Shown here: positions 40,764 through 49,133 of the stretch, piece after piece
Layout: every line of letters starts with the position of its first letter
Position numbering within the stretch: the first letter of the stretch is position 1
NCBI GenBank assembly: GCA_013416795.1
Contig: RQSC01000598.1
Span: 1-49,133 of the forward strand
DNA from: Prasinococcaceae sp. CCMP 1430
Lineage: Eukaryota; Plantae; Prasinodermophyta
Direction: 5' to 3'
DNA: 49,133 nucleotides
Translations under genes and position numbers: made by a program
Notes under the pieces: model-generated
Database searches by the model: none
What the model saw: only the letters and a program-made list of their open reading frames with translations
Told to the model about the DNA's origin: nothing

Positions 40764-42117
40764 TTACAGCCCCTTGCGGTCGACGTTCTCGTTGTCGTTG
40801 AAGCCGGCTCCGTGGATGAAGACGGGCGACTAATTTCCGGGCCGTGCGCGTGTCGGGGGTGGTGTGGTGGGTGCGATGGGCGCGCGGCCAGCGCGGTCAG
40901 CGCCGTGCACGCATGGGCGCCTCTACGCACGACCTGCGAATGCATATGTCGGCGCACGCACGCCACACGCACGCACGCACGCACGCACGAGCCATGCAGG
41001 CACGCGCGCACGTGTCCTCGCACGCGCGCGCGACCGAGCGAACACGCTTCGATCGCAAAGGCTGCCCGTGGCCACTGCGCACGCGCGCGGAGGCGGCGCA
41101 CACAAAGCGTCGAGCTGGTAGCGAGGCGTGCCGCCAGCGACCCGCGTGCTGCCGCAGCGGCAGCGACGCGCACCTCCATCGTGTAGACCCGCTCCTCCTT
41201 GGCCAGCGCCGCGCGCACGCTCTTCGAGAGCGCCGTGATGGCGGCGTGGCAGCGGCCGTCGTAGTGCGCGAGCTCGCCCTCGACGCGCGCGGCGATACGC
41301 GCGTCGATCTCCGCCTCGCCCAGCTCCGCGCCGGTCGCTTCGTCGCAGAAGGCGATCTGCCAGCCCCACGTGTCGGCGAACGACGGCACGTGGTGCGCGG
41401 CGGGCACAACCTTGGGAAAGACCTGCTTGAGCGTGTTGTGGATGACCGTGTACACCTCGGTGCAGCTGAGCACGCCCGCGGGGCCGCTCTGCGTCACCAG
41501 CACGCCGCCGGGGTTGAGCTTCGACTTGCACATCTCGTAGTACGCCTGCGTGTACAGCTGGTAGCAAGGGTTGCCCCACACTGCGGGCAGCCGCAAGACA
41601 GGCGCGTGCGCACGTGCGGCGGTGCGAGGGGGCGCGGGGGGGGGAGTGAAGGGGGGGATGGGAGCGTCAGAAGGGGCTCGTGCGCACATCGCGCGCGTGT
41701 CTGCGCGTGCGCACACACACGCAGGGACGCACCCGGATCGGCGAGGTCCCCGACGATGACGTCGAACTTGCCATCGTATCCCTCGAGCCCGGACCGCGCA
41801 TCGCCAATGATGAGCTCCAGCCTGGGGTCCTCGAACGCCTCCTTGTTCACATCCAGGTGCTTCTTGCAGAAGGTGACCACCACGCCGTCAATGTCCACCA
41901 TGACGCACTTCTCGACCGTCTTGTGGCGCAGCACCTCACGTGCGGTGGAGCCCTCGCCGCCGCCCGCGATGAACACCGTCTTGGGGCACGGATGCGCCAG
42001 CAGCGCAGGGTGGACCAGGCACTCATGGTACACGAACTCGTCGCGCTCAGCGGACTGGAGCTTGCCGTCGAGCAGGAGGACCTTGCCGAACGGCCCGGTG
42101 TCGACCAGCTCGACATC
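40764..42117 (-). CDS. ACL5: Thermospermine/spermine synthase (ACL5-like); exons 42117-41733, 41580-41174, 40829-40764; first exon(s) not found
   Basis: [98 protein letters not shown]. The DLADP/ADTWGW signature is ACL5-type. Confidence 0.88.
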
Positions 42118-42270
42118 CTGGCGTTGATGGGCGTGACGTGTAAGAGCACGCGCGCGGATATGCGTGCGCGTGCATGCGCGCCCTCGTCAGCGCAAGCGCG
42201 GGCCGTGTGTGTGTGCGCGCGCGTGCGTGGGTGCTCGTGTGGGAGTGCGTGCGCGTGCCTGCGCACGGGC

Positions 42271-43967
42271 ATGTGTGCAGGCGCGCGCGCGCCGGCGGCC
42301 GCGCGGAGCGCCGCGGCCCACCAGACACTTGCCGTCGTCGCGCTGTGGTACCTCTCCAACACGTCGGTGCTCGTGTTGAACAAGATGCTCCTGTCCTACC
42401 ACGGATTCAAGTTCCCCATTACACTCACCATGATACACATGGTACGTGCGCGCGAGCCCGAGTGCGTGCGCCAGCTCTCCCCCGATTGTCCGACCGCGTG
42501 CGTGACCCCTGCCATGCCTGTCGCCTGCCGCGTGACAAGTCGCGAGCGCGAGCTCAGGTCGCCTCCTGTCTCGCGCCAAGGCCGTGCCCGTCCTCACGCC
42601 ACCTGCCGCAACACACGTGCACACGCAAACGCACGCGCGCGCGAAAACACAGGCGTGCTGCGCGCTCCTGAGCTACGCGACGATCGTCGGCATGCAGGTG
42701 GTGCCGCTGCAACGCATATCCTCGGCTGACCACCTGCGACGCGTGGCGACGCTCGCGGCCGTCTTCACCCTGAGCGTCATGGCGGGAAACACCAGTCTCA
42801 AATACATCCCCGTGTCGTTCAACCAGGCGATCGGCGCGACGACGCCCGCATGGACCGCAGGTATCGCGTACGCCTTCGCGGGCACCACCGAGAAGCGCAG
42901 CACATACCTTGCGCTGGCGCCGGTGATACTGGGAGTCGTGCTCGCCACCGGTGAGTGCGCGCGGGCGCGCGCGCGCGCGCGCGCGCGCGCGCGTGCGTGC
43001 GTGCCCGCGCTGACATCCTCCCCTCCGTGCGCCGCCGCCGCCTGCGCGCGCGGTGCGTCGCCGGTCGCAGGCGCCGAGCCCTCCTTCCGCTTCGTGGGCC
43101 TCGTTGCGGCCCTGACTGCCACCGTCATGCGAGGAATCAAGAGCGTGCTGCAGGGCATCCTGCTCACAAACCCGGCAGAGACGCTCACCTCGCAAAATCT
43201 GCTGCTGTACATGGCACCCATTTCATTGGTCATGATGGCGCCTTTCGCTCTCTACATCGAGGTGCGGGCGCGGCCGCTGCTGAGGACACACACGTGCGCG
43301 CGCACGCGCACGCACCCAGCTGGGCGACACATGGATCCACGCACGCGCTCGCCGGCGCGTCGATACGAGGTGCTAACGAGCCGCTTTATTTCATCGCCCT
43401 CGCCCCGAACGATCCGCGCATCCGCCTTGGGCAGGGGCGCGCGCTGTTGGAGTACGACGGCCTGACGCCAAGCATGATGGCCATGCTGCTGCTCAACGGC
43501 TGTGCCGCGTACCTGGTGAACCTGTCCAACTTCTTGGTCACCAAGTACACGTCGGCGCTCACGCTCCAAGTGCTGGGCAACGCCAAGGTGCGTCCGTGTC
43601 TGTGAGCGTGCGTGCGTGCGAGGCCACTGCTGTATGCATTCGTTGGGGGCAGGGCTGACTCGAGCGCTGGCTCGACGTGCCCCGCAGGGCGCCTTTGCAG
43701 TGTTCGTGTCGGTGCTCATCTTCCAGAATCCCGTCACTGCGGGCAGCGTGGGGGGCTACGGCGTGACGCTGGCGGGCTGTGCGCTCTACACCGAGCTCAA
43801 GCGGCGCGACAGGCTCGAGGTGTGGATGCGCACGCATGCGTTGGTGCGCGCTCGAGGGCTCGCGGGCGCGTGCGCGCGCGCACACACACGCGCTGACATG
43901 CACACGCGCGCGCGCGCAGGCCGTCAACGCACTGCCCACCACCGTGAGCAAGGAGGCGCTCCCATAG
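42271..43967 (+). CDS. Triose-phosphate/nucleotide-sugar transporter family (DMT, TPT domain) protein; ~6 exons
   Basis: [111 protein letters not shown] introns at 42442-42652, 42951-43070, 43262-~43434, 43588-43687, 43820-43919. Start ATG 42271 is tentative. Confidence 0.9.
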
Positions 43968-44055
43968 CTGGCGCGGGGCGCCGGCGCGGTCGGCGTGCGC
44001 GCCGCCAACGACTCAAAAAGAATTCCCCAAACGTAACATTGATCGCAGCGGCCCG

Positions 44056-44135
44056 CACGCGCCCACGCTCGCGCCCACGCTCGCGCCCACGCTCGCGCCC
44101 ACGCACGCGCCCACGCTCGCGCCCACGCTCGCCCA
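44056..44135. repeat. 12-bp minisatellite (GCGCCCACGCTC)n, ~6-7 units, between the convergent TPT and COX11 3' ends
   Basis: Directly visible. Confidence 0.85.
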
Positions 44136-44184
44136 CACGTGCGCGCGCGCGTGCGTGGTGCTTGTGCGCGTGCGTGTGCGCGCG

Positions 44185-45430
44185 TCACGCCACGGGCGGC
44201 CCCATTTCGGGCGCCTCAGGTATGCGCTGGTCGCCCGACCTGAAGAAGGTGTACGACAGTGTCAGGCTCGACACGCCGCGCAGCCGGCGGTCGGTGGCGA
44301 GCTCGGGGTCGATGTAAAAGAACACCGGCATGTCGATCTCCTCGCCAGGCAGCAGCCGCTGCTCCTCGAAGCAGAAGCACTGGATCTTGTGAAAGTACGC
44401 GCCCGCCTTCTGGGGCGTCACCTGTGTGCGCGCAGGCGGTGCGTGCATGTGCGCGTGTTGTGAAGTTGTCGCACGAACGTGCGCGCGTGTGCGTGCGTGA
44501 GTGTGTCAGGACAACGAGCGTGAAGGCACGCACGCACGCACGCAAGCACGCACGCACGCACGCATTGCGGTGCGCGTTCGCACACGCGCGCGGGCGCACG
44601 CACATTGTACGCGCTCACGCCCGACAGCGGCTTGTCGCTGCGATTCTTGACGGTGAAGAAGGCCAGCGTCGACTCGCCGGGCACCGCGACGACCTCCTTC
44701 TGCACGGGCCGGAAGCTCCACTCGAGGCCACTCGCGACGTCGGTGTTGAACGACACGCGAATGGGGCGCAGGTCCTCCGCGGGCACCGGCTCGCGCTCGT
44801 ACTTGGCGATCTTCTCCTCGACGGTGGCACGCGAGACACCCACCGTACCGCCGTACCCGGTCGCCTGCGCGCGCCAGCGGCCGTTTGCGTTTGGCGCGAT
44901 GGCGGGCGCACGCAGCAGGGATGAGTCAGCGCAGGCCTGCGCACTCTCTGGTGCGCGCGTGGACGCGTGAGCGGGCGCGCGGGGGCTGACGCGTGCGCAC
45001 ATGCGCGCTGGAGCCTCGCGCACCTGACAGAAGAGCCTGTAGAGCGGCACCGACGCGTACGTGAGCCCTGTCATCCCTGCGACGATGGCCAGCAGGTAGC
45101 CCATCATGCGCCCTGCGTTGGCCTGCTGCGCGCGCATCGCTGCTGCCGTCGCCGCTGTGGACGACGCCTGCGCGCTCCCTCCGCCGTCGCGCGGCACACC
45201 CGCCGCCGCGAAGCCGCGCGCACGCCCCGCCAGCGCAAGGTGCGGGCGCGCAGGCGCCGCGCGCGCGCGCGCGAGCACGTGCATGTGCATGTGCATGTGC
45301 TGCTGCACACGCACGCATGTGTTTGCGGCGCGTGCGTGCGCACACGCGCGCGCACATGTGAGCGCGCGCGCGCCGCCGCCGCCGCCGCCCCTGCAGCGGC
45401 AGCAGCAGCAGCTCGCCGCGTGGGCGCCAT
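44185..45430 (-). CDS. COX11: Cytochrome c oxidase assembly protein COX11 (mitochondrial)
   Basis: [67 protein letters not shown] (Cu-binding CFC), IDMPVFFYIDP, TLSYTFF. Introns 44865-45023 and 44422-44603. The 5' exon (ATG 45430) is tentative. Confidence 0.94.
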
Positions 45431-45593
45431 GGCGTGGCTCGCGGGGGAGTATTGGTCGCCCGCCCACTCGCCTCCAACCCCACCCACCCCACGCTCGCGC
45501 GCGCGCGCGCGCGCGCTCGCGGTGTGCCGCGCATAGGGCACACGCGCGCCCTCTTCGCTCTGTGCCACACATAGCGCGATCTGCGCCGCGGCC

Positions 45594-46656
45594 ATGACGT
45601 CGCTGCGCCCCTTCCGCTGCGACGACCTCTTCCGCTTCAACAACGTCAACGTCGATGTGCTCACCGAGACGTTCAACCTCGGCTTCTACCTCTCCTACCT
45701 CGCCAAGCACCCGGAGTACTACTCGGTGCGTGCGTGTGCGCGTGCACGTGCGCGTGCGCCCGCCGCCGCGCTTGTCTACGTGCGCGTGCGCGCACGCGCG
45801 AGCGGGTGCTGACGCAGACACCTGGTCGCGCCTGCCGCGTGGGTGCGCATGCGCACACGCGGCCGTCGCCGCGCGCGCGCAGGTCGCCGAGGGCGCCGGC
45901 GGGCGCACCATGGGCTACATCATGGGCAAGGCCGAGGGCGTGGGCGAGTCCTGGCATGGCCACGTGAGCGCGGTGACCGTCGCCCCCGAGTTCCGCCGCA
46001 TGGGGCTCGCGCGCACGCTCATGTGCAACCTGGAGGAGGTATGGTTCTGCACGCGCACACACACGCACGCGCGCGCGCGCGCACGCGCACACATGCGCGC
46101 GTATACGCACGCACGCACGGACGCCCTGCGCTCCGTTGCGCGCGCAGCGAGGCGCGCAGGGCAGGCGCCGGCAGACGCGTGTCCGTCACAACCAGTGCGC
46201 ACACGTGGCGGCGCGACGATTTTCGTGCGAGCACTCACGCCCCCACGCCCGCGCACGCCGGCGCACACGCGCGTGTGCAGGTGACCGAGCGCCGGCACAA
46301 TGCATACTTCGTCGACCTGTTCGTGCGCGTGTCCAACTCGATGGCGATCAGTATGTACGAGGGCTTCGGGTACATCGTGTACAGGTGTGCGCGCGCGAGG
46401 CGCGCCCGCTGGCGCTGCGCCTGCACTCGCGCACAGCAGGCGTCGGTGCGCGCACGCAGGTGCGCATGCCTGTGCGGGTGTGTCTGTGTAGATGCTAACA
46501 CGTGGACACCTTTTTACGCTCAGGCGCGTGTTGGGCTACTACTCCTCGGAGGAGGACGCGTTCGACATGCGCAAGGCCATGCCGCGCGACCGCGACAAAA
46601 AGAGCGTCGTGCCACTCAAGAAGCCTGTGCACCCGTGGGAGCTGGAGTGGAGCTGA
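45594..46656 (+). CDS. NAA20: N-terminal acetyltransferase B catalytic subunit (NAA20/NAT3); exons 45594-45725, 45883-46038, 46281-46384, 46524-46656
   Basis: MTSLRPFRCDDLFRFNNVNVDVLTETFNLGFYLSYLAKHPEY, MGYIMGKAEG..WHGHVSAVTVAPEFRRMGLA, FVDLFVRVSN..AISMY, GYIVYR-RVLGYYS..EDAFDMRKA. Confidence 0.96.
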
Positions 46657-47760
46657 AGGGCGTGAGACCGTCCTCGTCATCGACACCGCTCGCATCGCTC
46701 CCCGCGTCGCTCGCGTCTGAGGGCCACGATCGCTCGCATGCCAAGTCGTGGCCCTGCCCGCCGGTGATGATGCTTAGGCCGAGCACCGGGTCTGTGGCCA
46801 GCTCCTCGCCAAACTCGCCCAGGCTTTCGAGACGCCGCCTGATGTGCTCCGCCACACCTTCAACGATCCCTGCGATCTCGGCTTCGAACCCATCGCTGAG
46901 CTCATCAAGGGCATCACCCTGCACGCGCCTTCCGTCGTCGAGCGCTGCCTCGTCCAGCGGCGCTTCGGCGTCGGACTGCGCGAGGACGAGCTCGCGCGCG
47001 AGGCTTCGCGCGAGGCTGAGCATGCCTGTGCCCGGCTGTGCGCGGCCATCGCCGGCAGCGGCGAGCTCTCGCAGGCGATGCGCGCGCGCGCGCGCGCGGG
47101 CATGGACGTCGGCCGCCCGCGCCTCGAGCACGTGCTGATCCTGCTGGCGCTCTTGGAAGGCGGCGGCAGTGCCCGGCGCCGGCTCGAAGCGCGGTGGCAT
47201 TGGAGCGCGTGCGCTCGAACGCGCGCGGGCGCGCGGCGACAGAAAGTCACCTCCGGGCGCCTGCGAGCAGGCGTCGGCCGATGCGCCCTCGCGCCCTTCG
47301 CGCTCCGGGCGTCCGTGCTGGTGAGACGGAGAGTGGCCCTCTGGTCCGCGCGCCGCGCCGCCATCGATGGCAGCACCCGGTGGAGTCGACCCCTCGCGCG
47401 AGCGGGCGCTGAGCGCGCGAGCGCGTTCCCAACGCTGTGCGTGTCCACGCAGCAGCTCGAGCTGTTCCGCCGCGGCGGCTGCCGCGCTTACGGCATCATC
47501 AACCTCTTCTCTGTCACGACCTTGCGTGCGCGTGGCATCGCCACTGTCCGCGTCGGGCGCAGGCGAACGCGCGCGCGCGCGCGCCCGGCGCCGCGCGTAC
47601 CAGCGCCACACTGCGCCAGCGAGCACGCCCCAGCGTGCCGCCGAGCCGAGCGTGCCACCGGTGAGGATGACCTGCGCAGGCAGCGCGATTGCCCACGCGC
47701 TGCTGCGTGCCACCGGTGAGGATGACCTGCGCAGGCAGCGCGATTGCCCACGCGCCGCGG
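46616..47760 (-). CDS. Hypothetical protein (N-terminal TM segment, acidic helical C-terminus); 5' end disturbed by n47782 and a local duplication
   Basis: Long frame with VILTGGTLGSAARWGVLAGAVWRWY and ALDELSDGFEAEIAGIVEGVAEHIRRRLESLGEF. The opposite-strand ORF 46844-47719 looks like its shadow. Confidence 0.5.
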
Positions 47761-48083
47761 AGCGCGCGCCCCGCGAGCGCGNGCTGCTGCTACCGCGGCC
47801 GCGCGCCGACGCGACGCCGACCCGACCCCCCGGGGGAACCGCGCGCGCCCACGCGTCGCGCGAGAGGTTAAGGTTACGCCACCACCCCTCGGGGGAAAAA
47901 AACAACCACATCAAAATGCTTTTGTATATGTGGCCGTTTTCGGTGATAGACCCTTTTCAAATGTTGAATTCTTGTTTTGATGAGAAAGACTTCGGGTTTT
48001 ATGAACTGCAGGGTCACGCGTTCGTTGATGTGACCGTTCAAATTTTGGCTGGGGGCGGTTCCCCCGCCTGCGCGTGTGTGCGC

Positions 48084-48084
<1 letters not shown>

Positions 48085-48180
<96 letters not shown>

Positions 48181-48181
48181 N

Positions 48182-48237
<56 letters not shown>

Positions 48238-48711
48238 GTGTGTGTCGTCCCATGGGCCTAGTGCGAGCGCGCCAGTCCGCGCGCCGCGCGAGCTTGAGCC
48301 AGCGCCGCGCGCGCGGCTCCGTGCGCGTGTGCGCACGGTCAGGCGCGCAGGGGCAAGGGCAGGAGCGGGGCGTGCGGCGGGCGCTCCGCCATGGCTCCCC
48401 CCATGGCGGGCGTCGGCCGCGCGCCGACGTACACCGCCGCCGTCGCCGCGGACGCGCCGGCGTCGACCGGCCGGCTGGCGGACGCGCTCTTCACGCCGAC
48501 GAAGGCGTCCGTCGGCGGGCGCATGCGCATCGAGGAGGAGCGCAGGCACGCACGCGCGCGCGCTTGCGCGCGCACGCACCTTCCTCGCGCTCGCGCACAT
48601 GTGCTCACACGCGCGCGTACGCGCACACGCCACACGCCACACACGCACGCGCACACGCGCGCACGCATGAGTGTGTTACTCGTGCGCACGCCGACCCACC
48701 CACGCTCGTAC

Positions 48712-48799
<88 letters not shown>

Positions 48800-48898
48800 N
48801 NNNNNNNNNNNNNNNNNNNNNNNNNNNNNNNNNNNNNNNNNNNNNNNNNNNNNNNNNNNNNNNNNNNNNNNNNNNNNNNNNNNNNNNNNNNNNNNNNN

Positions 48899-48952
<54 letters not shown>

Positions 48953-49041
48953 AAACGCATGCGCGAAGCACACAGCGCACCACGCACACACACCTACCGC
49001 CTTCGGCTGCCCTCGGCACGCACCCGGGCGCTCGCGGACAC

Positions 49042-49133
<92 letters not shown>
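48085..49133. repeat. Long microsatellites: (GT)n 48085-48231, then (CA)n 48710-48950 (with N gap) and 49045-49133
   Basis: Directly visible dinucleotide arrays in opposite orientation. Confidence 0.95.
48390..48545 (+). CDS. Probable first coding exon of a gene continuing beyond the window
   Basis: ATG 48390/48402, GC3-rich codons (MAGVGRAPTYTAAVAADAPASTGRLADALFTPTKASVGGRMRIEEER), followed by AG|GCACGC and intron-like simple sequence. Confidence 0.4.

Noticed and set aside
1300-43967. A carbohydrate/glycosylation biosynthetic gene cluster (GT4, branching enzyme, beta-helix enzyme, sugar-nucleotide transporter)
   Set aside because: The genes are scattered over 40 kb among unrelated housekeeping genes; there is no evidence of co-regulation.
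46844-47719. Plus-strand 291-aa ORF (MLRHTFNDPCDLG...)
   Set aside because: Reads as the in-register antisense shadow of the minus ORF in a high-GC3 genome; no recognisable motif.
47651-47755. 50-bp direct duplication (period 55) as a biological repeat
   Set aside because: Sits beside the single-n join at 47782 and breaks the frame; most simply an unmerged contig overlap.
1-49133. Transposase, reverse transcriptase, viral (NCLDV) genes, tRNA or rRNA
   Set aside because: No DDE, RT, integrase, capsid or structured-RNA signature recognised by eye; a profile or covariance search would be needed to exclude divergent cases.

Overview
A very GC-rich, compact eukaryotic nuclear segment with about 24 protein-coding loci. 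Introns are short (GT-AG, one probable GC-AG) and full of (GC)n/(GCGT)n/(CA)n. TGTAA-type 3' signals, a starch branching enzyme, an ACL5-like synthase, a CtpA fragment and a plant-type GATA factor point to a green alga of prasinophyte grade (inference; species not determinable here). Recognisable genes in order: SF3B5, GT4 glycosyltransferase, DCAF11/LEC14B, unknown helical protein, TMEM62-like metallophosphoesterase, PCF11, Tas-like aldo-keto reductase, starch branching enzyme, right-handed beta-helix protein, small membrane protein, DHX29/DExH N-terminal module, ctpA 3' exons, lysA 3' end, TPR protein, IQ protein, peroxisomal LON2, GATA factor, SCAMP, SYLF/Ysc84, ACL5-like, TPT-family transporter, COX11, NAA20, unknown. 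The best discovery is missing from the ORF track. The 51-bp tandem repeat at 24137-24486 is exon 2 of a two-exon minus-strand gene (24726-24125, 146 aa). It encodes a signal peptide followed by seven 12-residue Pro-rich peptides (5x DSHLGPAPAPEA, 2x LKDLSPAPAPEA) separated by (R)RKLL processing-type motifs, i.e. a candidate multi-peptide secreted precursor. It lies in a ~1.2-kb block between a 3'-truncated DHX29-like gene and a 5'-truncated ctpA. The assembly is gappy (four N runs, five single-n joins), so several truncations may be artefacts. All family assignments come from motif recall, not database searches.
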